A stretch of DNA of 62,880 bases from an uncultured Dehalococcoidales bacterium (GTDB lineage Bacteria > Chloroflexota > Dehalococcoidia > GIF9 > UBA5629), in the NCBI GenBank assembly GCA_964616785.1, contig CAZTRR010000002.1, positions 2,863-65,742 of the forward strand, written 5' to 3'. Both the position numbers and the translations under genes were made by a program. Shown here piece by piece: positions 35,750-45,108 of the stretch (positions are counted from its first letter, which is position 1; every line of letters begins with the position of its first letter). A model generated the notes under the pieces. That model was given only the letters and a program-made list of their open reading frames with translations. It did no database searches and was not told where the DNA came from.

Positions 35750-37219
35750 ATGATACTTAGTGAGCTTCGTTTGTTGACACCAGAGCTCAGTCTCCTGGTT
35801 TTTGCCCTGGTGGTGATTCTGCTTGACCTATTCATCAAGCAGAAGAAGGTTCTGGCGGGTGTCAGCATTGTTGGCTTGATAGTTGCGGCAGGTTGTACGC
35901 TGGCAATGTGGGGAGCACCAACTGTTGATATCTTCTATGGCATGCTGGCGGTAGACCGCTTTGCTCTTTTCTTCAAGTTCCTGTTTCTGGCGGCGGCCGG
36001 TCTGGTCATATTGGCCTCTCAGGACTACGTGAGCAAGTTCGAGAGATTTCAAGGTGAGTATTACGCACTGGTGCTTATCTCGGCTTTGGGCATGATGCTG
36101 CTGACGGCGGCCGCAGACTTGATTTCTATCTATGTGGCCTTGGAATTGAGCAGCATATCGCTCTATGTACTGGCAAGCTTCTTGAAGGACCAGAAATCAA
36201 CCGAAGCCGGGCTGAAGTACTTGCTCTTGGGCGCGGTTGCTTCAGCCGTGCTTCTTTATGGTATGGCTCTGGTCTTTGGGCTTACTGGGCATACTTGCCT
36301 GGTATGCATCGCCGATGTTATTGGGGGCACGCCTATTGCTGGGCTTATGGGTAATCCGGCTCTGCTTTTAGGTGTGGTTCTTCTGGTTGCTGGCTTTGGC
36401 TTCAAGATTGCCTGCGTTCCCTTCCAGATGTGGGTGCCTGATGTCTATGAGGGCGCACCAACACCAATTACCGGTTACCTTTCCGTGGCCAGTAAAGCGG
36501 CTGGCTTCGCCATTATTATTCGCGTTTTCTCTGTTACCCTTGGTGCTCCAGACTGGCTTAGCCTTGAGTGGGGAATGTTGCTGGCTATCTTGAGCGCAGT
36601 TACCATGACTTTCGGCAATGTGGTGGCTATCGTTCAGACCAATATCAAGCGCATGCTGGGGTATTCCAGCATCGCTCAAGCTGGCTACCTGATGGTAGGT
36701 TTAGCCACTGTGGGAATGGCGGCGGGAACTGATGCCGTGGGGCGAAGCGGACTGCTTTTCTTCCTCATGAGCTATACCGTCACCAACCTGGGGGCTTTCA
36801 TCGCGGTCATTGCGATTTCCAACAAGATCGATAGTGATGAGATCGATGACTACACGGGGATGGGCAAGCGGGCGCCGCTTCTGGCATTGGCTCTAACCCT
36901 GTGTCTGGTTTCGCTGACCGGCCTACCACCCACGGCAGGGCTCATCGCCAAGATCTACATCTTCAGTGGGGCCGTAAGTCACGGCTTGTTGTGGCTGGTA
37001 GTCATAGCTGTGATAAACAGTTGCATATCGGCTTACTACTATTTCAGGGTGATCAAGGTCATGTGGATGGAAGCTCCAGCCTCCGAGGAGAAGGTGCCTT
37101 CGACATGGGTGCTGCGCACTGCCCTGTCGATCTGCTGCCTTTTTGTCCTGCTTTTGGGCGTTGTCCCTGGCAGCTTCGTTGGCATAGCTGAAGCTGCCGT
37201 CAGTATTTTCGGTTCATAG
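35750..37219 (+). CDS. nuoN: NADH-quinone oxidoreductase subunit N
   Basis: 489-aa antiporter-like subunit. ATG lies 4 nt after the NUDIX stop. Confidence 0.9.
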   Translation: MILSELRLLTPELSLLVFALVVILLDLFIKQKKVLAGVSIVGLIVAAGCTLAMWGAPTVDIFYGMLAVDRFALFFKFLFLAAAGLVILASQDYVSKFERFQGEYYALVLISALGMMLLTAAADLISIYVALELSSISLYVLASFLKDQKSTEAGLKYLLLGAVASAVLLYGMALVFGLTGHTCLVCIADVIGGTPIAGLMGNPALLLGVVLLVAGFGFKIACVPFQMWVPDVYEGAPTPITGYLSVASKAAGFAIIIRVFSVTLGAPDWLSLEWGMLLAILSAVTMTFGNVVAIVQTNIKRMLGYSSIAQAGYLMVGLATVGMAAGTDAVGRSGLLFFLMSYTVTNLGAFIAVIAISNKIDSDEIDDYTGMGKRAPLLALALTLCLVSLTGLPPTAGLIAKIYIFSGAVSHGLLWLVVIAVINSCISAYYYFRVIKVMWMEAPASEEKVPSTWVLRTALSICCLFVLLLGVVPGSFVGIAEAAVSIFGS

Positions 37220-37406
37220 ACTTTTCGCTGCCTTTCCATGCCTGATATGGTCGAATGTAGCTCGGGGCTCGGTTCCGCTAGCACAGCCTAAAGCTCTCTC
37301 AGAGGGCCATCACGTTTGATGGGACGCGGAACTACGCTACGTTCGGGGCAGGAGGCCTCACAAAGCCTGGTAGGCATAACCAATCCTTGAAGCAACGGAG
37401 GTAGAG

Positions 37407-38201
37407 ATGCAATATGAGACGTTATTGGTTGAGAGGGTAGGCCACATGGCTACAGTGACGCTGAATCGTCCGCAAATACTGAACGCTATGAATGTCCAAG
37501 TCATGCTGGAGCTAAAGGAACTGTTAGCCGGGCTGAGAGGAGACGAGGAGACGCGTTTTGTGATATTCACTGGGGCGGGGGCGGCTTTCTCCTGCGGGGT
37601 GGAATTCACTCAGAAGGCCATGGATGAGAGATATTCCAGGCCTGAACTGGCCAACGAAAGGCTTTGGCAGCTATTCGGTCATGATTTCATGCATACAATG
37701 GAGAACCTGGAACAGGTGACCGTAGCTGCAGTCAATGGTGCCGCAGTGGGAGCGGGACTCTGTCTGGCCATGAATTGTGATTTCAGGATTGCATCTGAGA
37801 ATGCTGTCTTTGGTATTCCTGAAGCTAGTCTGGGCATCTTCTTCACCTGGGGGGCCACGCCTCGCCTTACCGCATTGATAGGGCCAGCGAAGGCCAAAGA
37901 GATGATTATGACTTGCGACAATATCAATGCTCATGAGGCGCTGAGAATAGGGCTGGTAAACAGGGTCGTGCCTCCCGACCAACTAATGAGTTCCTGCAGG
38001 GAGCTGGTACAGAAAATCGGTACCAAAGGGCCTTTGGCGGTGAGGATATGCAAGAAAATCGTCAACGCAGCGTCATTGTTGAAAATGGCTGACCTGTATC
38101 CGTGTGAGCCTGAGCTTGTAGAAAGGCTTATGGTGTCAGACGAAGTGGCTGAGGGCTTGCAGGCCTTCTTGGAAAAGAGGCCGCCCCGGTTCAGCGACTA
38201 G
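37407..38201 (+). CDS. enoyl-CoA hydratase/isomerase family protein
   Basis: 264 aa with SD acggagg and a crotonase fold pattern (FTGAGAAFSCGVEF, AVNGAAVGAGLCLAMNCD). Confidence 0.85.
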   Translation: MQYETLLVERVGHMATVTLNRPQILNAMNVQVMLELKELLAGLRGDEETRFVIFTGAGAAFSCGVEFTQKAMDERYSRPELANERLWQLFGHDFMHTMENLEQVTVAAVNGAAVGAGLCLAMNCDFRIASENAVFGIPEASLGIFFTWGATPRLTALIGPAKAKEMIMTCDNINAHEALRIGLVNRVVPPDQLMSSCRELVQKIGTKGPLAVRICKKIVNAASLLKMADLYPCEPELVERLMVSDEVAEGLQAFLEKRPPRFSD

Positions 38202-38241
38202 GAAGTGGTGCCAAACGGTCTGTGATGATGAGACCGGGGAC

Positions 38242-38270
38242 TTGACACGAGTGCCGTCTGAAGGTAGACT
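38242..38270 (+). promoter_or_regulatory. candidate promoter of the TetR gene/operon
   Basis: TTGACA (38242-38247), 17-nt spacer, TAGACT (38265-38270). Confidence 0.55.
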
Positions 38271-38271
38271 G

Positions 38272-38301
38272 TCAGGGTGACTGGCCAGTCAGTCACCCTG
38301 A
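38272..38301. promoter_or_regulatory. candidate TetR operator: perfect 12-nt inverted repeat with 6-nt spacer
   Basis: TCAGGGTGACTG-gccagt-CAGTCACCCTGA. It begins 2 nt after the -10 box and overlaps a second palindrome GACTGGCCAGTC (38279-38290). Confidence 0.55.
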
Positions 38302-38334
38302 GTCGAGGTCCGAAACCTGCATGTCAAACATGAT

Positions 38335-38940
38335 ATGCGAACCTTGAGCAGCGATCAGGAATTGGTTGCCACTCGCAGAGAGCACATAGCTCGATGTGCA
38401 ACTCGCGCGTTTGTGAAGAAGGGATACGAACGCACGAACGTTGATGAAATCGCCCGCGCCTGCGGTATGAGCAAAGGTAACCTTTACAACTACGTCGGGT
38501 CGAAGGAGGACATTCTCTATTTGGTCATCGATCGCGGCTTAACCGACCTGACCCAAACGATTGAAGGTCTCTGTGATAGCCTAGGCAGTGTTGCCCCAGC
38601 CGATGCTCTGCGAGAGTTCATCAAGACATACTATCAAGGGGTAGGGGAAGATCCTGATTTCACCCTTTTTACGTACCAAGAGACAAAAAACCTGGACCCC
38701 AAGGTGCGTCGGCGCGTTCTGGAGTCTGCGGCTCGTGACGTGGCGGCTTGTGAGGGATTGTTGAGGAGGGGTGTGGAAATGGGTGAATTCGAGATTGGCA
38801 ACATTACGTTGATGGCACACGACATAGTTGTTTCTGGCCACATGTGGGCAGTCAGGCGATGGTTCCTGAGAAGTCAATGCACGCTAGAGGAGTACATCAG
38901 GGAGAAGACTGAGTCCATCCTGAAGGCAATACTGGCATAG
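38335..38940 (+). CDS. TetR/AcrR-family transcriptional regulator
   Basis: 201 aa with an N-terminal HTH (TNVDEIARACGMSKGNLYNYVGSKEDIL). Confidence 0.9.
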   Translation: MRTLSSDQELVATRREHIARCATRAFVKKGYERTNVDEIARACGMSKGNLYNYVGSKEDILYLVIDRGLTDLTQTIEGLCDSLGSVAPADALREFIKTYYQGVGEDPDFTLFTYQETKNLDPKVRRRVLESAARDVAACEGLLRRGVEMGEFEIGNITLMAHDIVVSGHMWAVRRWFLRSQCTLEEYIREKTESILKAILA

Positions 38941-39018
38941 GCGCGGGTGGCCGCGGGAGCGGACAAGGCATAGGAGAACGTGCTTGTGCCGGAGCAGCAC
39001 TTGAATTGGTGATTTCGA

Positions 39019-39810
39019 GTGGTTTCAGAAGATAAGACCAAGTTGAAACTGGAACATCTTCACCTTAGCTTTGGCGGCGTTCGGGCTCTTATTGATGTGA
39101 GCGTGGAAGTCAGGGAAGGTGAGATACTGTCTATAATAGGGCCGAACGGCGCTGGCAAGACCTGCATCCTTAATTGCATAAACGGCTTCTATCGCCCTCA
39201 GTCAGGGGACATCCGTTTTGAGGGTCGGAACATTACCCGGATGCGAAGCCACAAGATCGCCAAGCTCGGTATTGCCAGAACGTTTCAGAACATCGAGCTA
39301 TTCACGGGGTTGAGCGTCCAGGACAACTTGCTGGCTGGAAGACACTTCTACATGACTGGTGGGGTCGCTGGTTCTGTGTTGGGCGGCGTCTATTTCGGCA
39401 AGGCCCACCGGGAGGAGGTTGAGCAGCGAAGGGCTGTGGAGGAGATCATCGATTTCCTGGAAATAGAGCCCATAAGAAAGCAGGTCGTCGGCACTGTACC
39501 CTACGGGTTGCGAAAGAGAGTCGAATTGGGCAGGGCGTTAGCCTTACAACCGAAGGTCCTCTTGATGGATGAGCCTATGGCCGGGATGAATTTGGAAGAG
39601 AAGGAAGACATGGCCCGGTTCGTTCTCGACATATACGAGGAGCGAGTCAACACCATAGTCCTTATTGAGCACGACATGGGTGTGGTTATGGATATTTCAC
39701 ACAGGGTGGCTGTTCTTGATTTCGGGCGGAAGATTGCAGAGGGCACGCCCGGTGAGATAAAGGGCGACCGTAATGTTATCGAGGCGTACTTAGGGACGGC
39801 GAAGACATGA
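39019..39810 (+). CDS. ABC transporter ATP-binding protein (LivG-like, branched-chain/hydrophobic amino acid-type)
   Basis: GPNGAGKT Walker A, LivG-type insertion and C-terminal EAYLG motif. GTG start. Confidence 0.88.
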   Translation: MVSEDKTKLKLEHLHLSFGGVRALIDVSVEVREGEILSIIGPNGAGKTCILNCINGFYRPQSGDIRFEGRNITRMRSHKIAKLGIARTFQNIELFTGLSVQDNLLAGRHFYMTGGVAGSVLGGVYFGKAHREEVEQRRAVEEIIDFLEIEPIRKQVVGTVPYGLRKRVELGRALALQPKVLLMDEPMAGMNLEEKEDMARFVLDIYEERVNTIVLIEHDMGVVMDISHRVAVLDFGRKIAEGTPGEIKGDRNVIEAYLGTAKT

Positions 39811-39826
39811 GACAAGGGTCTGACCA

Positions 39827-41770
39827 ATGCCAGGCGATACAATAGCCAAGCTATTTAAGCAGACTTGCGAAAGATATGGCGAGGGGAAGGCAGCTCTTCG
39901 CTATAAGAACTTCGGGGTGTGGCAGCCCTACACCTGGAAGTATTTCTGGGAACAGTCCAAGTACTTTGGCCTGGGGCTAATTAGTCTGGGCCTTAAGTCT
40001 GGCGACAGGATTACCATTGTAGGCGACAATGAACCCGAATGGTACTTTGCTCAGTTTGCTGCCCTATGTAGTGGAGGCATCCCGACAGGTGCCTACCAGG
40101 ATTCGGGTCCTCAGGAGATCAAATACGTCATCGAGCAATCGGGCAGCGTTCTTGTGGTCGTTGAAGACCAAGAGCAGGTTGACAAGCTCATATTTCCGTA
40201 CCGGGACAGAGAGGGCAAGGAGCAAAAGCCTATCGTTGAGGAGGTGCCTGCAATAAGGAAGGTTGTCTACTGGGATTCGAAGGGGCTCAGGTTCTACGAT
40301 GATCCTATTCTGATGCGTTTTGAGGAGATGGTGAAACTTGGCAGGGAATATGAGAAGGAACATCCCGGCCTGCTGGAGCACATTATCGAGAGCGGCGATG
40401 AAGAAGACCCGGTCATGTTGACTTATTCCTCGGGGACCACGGGCTTGCCAAAGGGAATAGTGCATTGCTCACGGAGCGTCCTTGGGGCCAGCCAGTGTTG
40501 GGATGGGCCAGCACGTACTACGGAGGACGACCAGTTTGTCTCCTTCTTCCCCCTGGCATATGGCGCTGAGTTCCTGTATGCCATTCCTGCCTTCATCAAA
40601 GGGGGCGCCACGGTTAATTTCCCCGAGGAGCCGGAAACCGTGGCCGTGGACGTGAGAGAGATAGGGCCGACCAAAGCCTCGTCGGCTCCACGCTTGTTGG
40701 AGAATGAGGTCTCTTTCGTGCAGGTAAAGATCGCTGATGCCAGCCTCTTGAAAAGATTCGTTTATCACCTGTTCATGCCGGTCGGCTACAGGATAGCTCG
40801 GCTGAAGCGCAACAATGAGAAGGTGAATTGGCTCTGGCGGGCTGTCTATGCCCTCGGCTACCTTCTGGTGTTCAGGCCGATAAAAGACTGGCTCGCCTAC
40901 TCGGGGAATAGGCTTATGCTTATTGGCGGCGCTTCGATGGCTTCTGAAGTCTTTGATTTTTTCCTGGCTCTCGGGATTGATGCTAGGATGATGTACGGGA
41001 TGATTGAGTGTACACCGACGGCTATGCATCTGAAAGGTGATATTGATTCCGAGACCTCCGGCGTGCCTACGCCTGGCAGTGAGTTGAGGATATCCGAAGG
41101 AGGGGAAGTGCTCTCGAGAGGCCCGCAAAAGATGCTTGGCTATCACAACAACCCCGAAGCCACGCGACAACTGATTGATGAACAGGGTTGGGTACATACC
41201 GGTGATGCCGGCTTTATCACGGAGAGAGGTCATCTAGTCTGCATCGATAGACTGGCGGACCTTGGAGCTCTGAGGGACGGGACTGGCTTTTCACCCTCAT
41301 ACATCGAAAACAAGCTCAAATTCTCGCCTTATATCAGGGATGCTGTTATCACTGGCGACGATGAGGACTTTGTCGGTGCCCTGATCAGCATTGATTTCCC
41401 CAACCTGGGGAAATGGGCTGAGACACACCGCATTCCCTACACTACATTTGTTGACCTGTCCCAGAAACCGGAAGCCTATGACCTCATCAGACAGGACGTG
41501 ATGAGGATAAATGGGCGTTTGCCCGAGAAGCAGAGGATAAGGAGGTTTGCTCTACTGCACAAGGAGTTGGACGCTGATGATGCTGAGTTGACCAGAACGA
41601 GAAAGCTGCGGCGAAAGGAAGTTAGCCAGCGCTACCTTGATATGATAGAAGCCCTGTATGGGGACAAGATGGAATATACGGCTGAAGCTAAGGTAACGTA
41701 CAGGGACGGCAGAACCGCTACAGTAACCACTGCGGTTCAAATCGCGTCAGTGGAGGACGAGGACACATGA
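39827..41770 (+). CDS. AMP-dependent synthetase/ligase (long-chain acyl-CoA ligase-like) embedded in the ABC operon
   Basis: 647 aa with the AMP-binding motif YSSGTTGLPKG and later GWVHTGD. Overlaps the next permease gene by 4 nt. Confidence 0.88.
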   Translation: MPGDTIAKLFKQTCERYGEGKAALRYKNFGVWQPYTWKYFWEQSKYFGLGLISLGLKSGDRITIVGDNEPEWYFAQFAALCSGGIPTGAYQDSGPQEIKYVIEQSGSVLVVVEDQEQVDKLIFPYRDREGKEQKPIVEEVPAIRKVVYWDSKGLRFYDDPILMRFEEMVKLGREYEKEHPGLLEHIIESGDEEDPVMLTYSSGTTGLPKGIVHCSRSVLGASQCWDGPARTTEDDQFVSFFPLAYGAEFLYAIPAFIKGGATVNFPEEPETVAVDVREIGPTKASSAPRLLENEVSFVQVKIADASLLKRFVYHLFMPVGYRIARLKRNNEKVNWLWRAVYALGYLLVFRPIKDWLAYSGNRLMLIGGASMASEVFDFFLALGIDARMMYGMIECTPTAMHLKGDIDSETSGVPTPGSELRISEGGEVLSRGPQKMLGYHNNPEATRQLIDEQGWVHTGDAGFITERGHLVCIDRLADLGALRDGTGFSPSYIENKLKFSPYIRDAVITGDDEDFVGALISIDFPNLGKWAETHRIPYTTFVDLSQKPEAYDLIRQDVMRINGRLPEKQRIRRFALLHKELDADDAELTRTRKLRRKEVSQRYLDMIEALYGDKMEYTAEAKVTYRDGRTATVTTAVQIASVEDEDT

Positions 41771-42648
41771 GCGCCATAGTAGAGCACCTGGTCATCGGAA
41801 TAGCAGTAGGCTCTGTGTACAGTATAGTCGCCCTTGGCTTCGTCCTCATATATAAGGCCACCGGCATCTTCAACTTGGCCCAGGGAAGCTTGATGTGCCT
41901 TGGCGCCTATATCTGTTATGTCCTGAGCATCACAATAGGATTGCCGTTCTACTTGGCGGTCGTTCTAACCTTGGCGGTCGCCTTCCTATTGGGTATGTTG
42001 GTTGAGTTCATTTTCTTGCGCCGTATGATTGGGCAACCCCATCTGGCGATACTCATGGTTACCATTGGCATATACCTTATGGTGCGAGGAATAGTGTTGA
42101 TTGTCTGGGGTGTGTACAGCAAGTCCTTACCATCCTACCTCCCCACTCAGCCGGTCGTTGTGCTGGGCGCAAACGTGCTGCCGATTTTCATTGTGGGCCT
42201 TGCGGCCGCAGCCATCCTCTTTGCCATATTCATTGCGTTTTTCAAGTTTACCTCTATCGGCGTTGCTATGAGAGCCACTCAGGATAATCAGCAGGTGGCC
42301 CAATCGGTTGGCATAAGCGTCAAGCGCATATTCGGAGCATCGTGGGCTATTGCCAGCCTGGCTGCTGCGGCTGGCGGCATCATCGTGGGCACCATACTAT
42401 CTGTAGGCTACTCCCTCGACGACTTCGGTTTCAAAGTCCTCCCGGCTGTTATTCTCGGCGGCCTGGAATCGGTCCCAGGTGCCCTGATTGGCGGACTTGT
42501 TCTGGGTATCGCCGAGCACTTCGGTGCAGCTTATTTGGGCTCCTGGTTAATTGGTATCGAGGATGTAATTCCTTTCATCATCTTGCTGGTGTTATTGCTG
42601 ATTGTGCCCTACGGGCTCTTCGGTCTAAAGAGAATAGAGAGGATATAG
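41767..42648 (+). CDS. ABC transporter permease (LivH-like)
   Basis: 293-aa polytopic protein with the LivH-type pattern (GIFNLAQG, MRATQDNQQVAQSVGI). Confidence 0.88.
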   Translation: MSAIVEHLVIGIAVGSVYSIVALGFVLIYKATGIFNLAQGSLMCLGAYICYVLSITIGLPFYLAVVLTLAVAFLLGMLVEFIFLRRMIGQPHLAILMVTIGIYLMVRGIVLIVWGVYSKSLPSYLPTQPVVVLGANVLPIFIVGLAAAAILFAIFIAFFKFTSIGVAMRATQDNQQVAQSVGISVKRIFGASWAIASLAAAAGGIIVGTILSVGYSLDDFGFKVLPAVILGGLESVPGALIGGLVLGIAEHFGAAYLGSWLIGIEDVIPFIILLVLLLIVPYGLFGLKRIERI

Positions 42649-42651
42649 AGA

Positions 42652-43701
42652 GTGCATCTGCCTTGTCGTACCTTCAATGAGACCTACGAGCAGGATATGG
42701 CTGTTTTCAGGACCCGGCTACAGTGGGTTCTGCTGGCTGTCGGTATTGCTCTTGGTCTTTGCGTCCCTCTGGTTACCGGCACCTATATGCTTACCATAAT
42801 CATAACTACTATGGGTATTATCATAGCTGCATTGGGAATACAAATCCTGACCGGATACTGCGGGCAGCTTTCTGTGGGTCACAGCGCGTTTGTGGCTGTC
42901 GGTGCCTATGCTTCGGCTCTTCTGGTCTCCCAAGCGGGCTTGTCCTTCTGGATTGCCGTGCCTGTTGCCGGTATCGCTGCTGGGCTGGTCGGACTTATAG
43001 TGGGGCTTACATCTATCAGGCTTAAAGGGTTTTACCTGATAATGTCTACATTAGCGGCGCAGTTCATCATAATGTACGTCATAGTGCACTGGACGAGTGT
43101 TACCGGAGGCTCTTTTGGCATGTCTGCGCCGGCGCCGAAGTTGGGGGGGCTTGACTTCACCAGTCCGGGCATGTACTTCTATATCGTCTTCGTGGCCTTG
43201 CTGATGGCCACGTTTCTCGCCAAGAACCTGGTCAGGACAAATGTGGGGCGGGCATTTATTGCCATACGAGACAATGATTTGGCGGCTGAGGTAATGGGCA
43301 TCAATCTGACAGCCTACAAACTGCTGGCTTTCTTCATAGGCTGCGCTTTTGCCGGGGTCGGCGGAGCGCTGGCAGCGCATGCGCGCGGCGTGATTACGCC
43401 TGACAGCTACTCGCTGATACAGTCCTTCTGGTATCTGGGCTATGTTATCATTGGTGGTCTCGGTACAATAACCGGGGTCTTCTTTGGGGTGATATTCATA
43501 GCAATCCTGAACAACGGACTCAGCGCTATCCTCAGTTCGCTTTCCACCGTTTTTCCAGGTGCGGGCAGCCTGCTGGGGCCGTTGATGCTCTTTGTCTTTG
43601 GCCTCATAATCGTATTGTTCCTAACGCTTGAGCCCAGAGGGTTGGCACACCGGTGGGCGATCTTCAAGGCTTACTATCGCCTGTGGCCGTTTTCACACTA
43701 G
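42652..43701 (+). CDS. ABC transporter permease (LivM-like)
   Basis: 349-aa polytopic protein (GYCGQLSVGHSAF, RAFIAIRDNDLAAEVMGIN). Confidence 0.88.
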   Translation: MHLPCRTFNETYEQDMAVFRTRLQWVLLAVGIALGLCVPLVTGTYMLTIIITTMGIIIAALGIQILTGYCGQLSVGHSAFVAVGAYASALLVSQAGLSFWIAVPVAGIAAGLVGLIVGLTSIRLKGFYLIMSTLAAQFIIMYVIVHWTSVTGGSFGMSAPAPKLGGLDFTSPGMYFYIVFVALLMATFLAKNLVRTNVGRAFIAIRDNDLAAEVMGINLTAYKLLAFFIGCAFAGVGGALAAHARGVITPDSYSLIQSFWYLGYVIIGGLGTITGVFFGVIFIAILNNGLSAILSSLSTVFPGAGSLLGPLMLFVFGLIIVLFLTLEPRGLAHRWAIFKAYYRLWPFSH

Positions 43702-43777
43702 AATCACGGAGGTGATGTTTATGTGACTGAGATTGAGAGACAAGGCCCTTGAGAGACTAGGAAAAGAAGGAGGAGAA

Positions 43778-45049
43778 ATGTCCAAGACTATGAGAATAGG
43801 TATGTTCGTGTTGATGGCTATCCTGCTGGTGGCACTGCCTCTGGTTGGGTGCAAGGCGGCACCGACAGGGCCGCAGGAGGGGGTAATAAAGATCGGCCTT
43901 CTCACTGACCTGACCGGTCCAATCGCCGCGTCGTCGGTGCCGGGTCTGGAATCCATTGAGGACTGGACAAAGTACGTAAACGAGGAGCTGGGTGGAGTCG
44001 CCGGACACCAGCTAGAGGTCGTTGTTGTTGACGCTCGGTACGATAATGACCTGGCGGTATCAGGTTTTGAAAAACTGGTTAACCAGGATAAGGTGCACTA
44101 CATCAGCTGTGCTTGCGCCAACTACCAGCCGGCCATCAAGCCATTGGCCGATAGATATCACATGCCGTGCTCAGGCCCGACTGAATACGCAGTTTTGCTC
44201 CCGCACACCGCGGGTTCGTTCATGTTCGGCTACTTCCCGCACTATGCTGACATGTACCGGTGCAGCCTGACCTGGATCAAGGACAACTGGGAAGGGGCAG
44301 ATCCCCCCAGAATCGGCATCATGGGTTTGGATGCGTCGTTCTCAAAGAGCACCATCAAACCGGTGAAGTGGATGCTGGAGAATGAATTGAACTGGCCTAT
44401 CGTCGCTGAAGAATGGATGACCATGGCGGCCACGGATGTTACGTCGCAGGTAACTAACCTCAAGAATGCCAACTGCGACTATGTGCTGATGCCGCTAACC
44501 GGCGCCCCGCAGTTGATTTTCCAGAAGACGGCGTATGCAGCCGGCTTGACAGAGTCGACGCAGCTCATAGACATCTTCATAACGATGATGATGAGCTTCC
44601 GCCAGTTGGACCCGGAGGCGACGACTGGCCTGATGAGCCACAGCCCGTGCGCACTTCCCGAGATGGCAGATGAGGTGGAGATTCTGGCTCTGCTAGACCA
44701 GATTCACGCGGAGTCTCGCCCGGATGCGCCGCCACTTGACTGGATTCGTATAGTTAACTACGCTGGATCCATACTGATTAACGAGGCACTTGAGAAGGCG
44801 ATTGACAAATATGGCTATGATGAGCTTACCGGAGACAATATCAAGTGGATCATGGAACACGAGATGAAGGGCTATACTGCAGAGGGACTGCTCGGTCCTT
44901 TGCCATGGTCAACTGAAAACCATGCTGGGGCGCGCGATGTGATAATCGTTGAGACGACCCCTGACTTCGGTCTTGAAATCCTCAAGCTCTGGCAGGAGAT
45001 GCCACCTTGGCCTGAGGAAGCACAAGAAGTGGATTTCTGGAAGCTGTGA
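43778..45049 (+). CDS. ABC transporter substrate-binding lipoprotein (LivK/Peripla_BP_6-like)
   Basis: ATG 43778 with SD aggagga. Signal peptide with lipobox LVGC, then IKIGLLTDLTGP, typical of this binding-protein family. Confidence 0.85.
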   Translation: MSKTMRIGMFVLMAILLVALPLVGCKAAPTGPQEGVIKIGLLTDLTGPIAASSVPGLESIEDWTKYVNEELGGVAGHQLEVVVVDARYDNDLAVSGFEKLVNQDKVHYISCACANYQPAIKPLADRYHMPCSGPTEYAVLLPHTAGSFMFGYFPHYADMYRCSLTWIKDNWEGADPPRIGIMGLDASFSKSTIKPVKWMLENELNWPIVAEEWMTMAATDVTSQVTNLKNANCDYVLMPLTGAPQLIFQKTAYAAGLTESTQLIDIFITMMMSFRQLDPEATTGLMSHSPCALPEMADEVEILALLDQIHAESRPDAPPLDWIRIVNYAGSILINEALEKAIDKYGYDELTGDNIKWIMEHEMKGYTAEGLLGPLPWSTENHAGARDVIIVETTPDFGLEILKLWQEMPPWPEEAQEVDFWKL

Positions 45050-45057
45050 ATTAGGCA

Positions 45058-45092
45058 CCAAGGGGACTCCCGGATTCCGGGAGTCCCCTTGG
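45058..45092 (+). terminator. 16-bp perfect hairpin after the binding-protein gene (attenuator or mRNA-stabilising stem-loop)
   Basis: CCAAGGGGACTCCCGG, loop att, CCGGGAGTCCCCTTGG. No T-run follows, and livF starts 17 nt later. Confidence 0.5.
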
Positions 45093-45108
45093 CGAATCGA
45101 GATACTGC

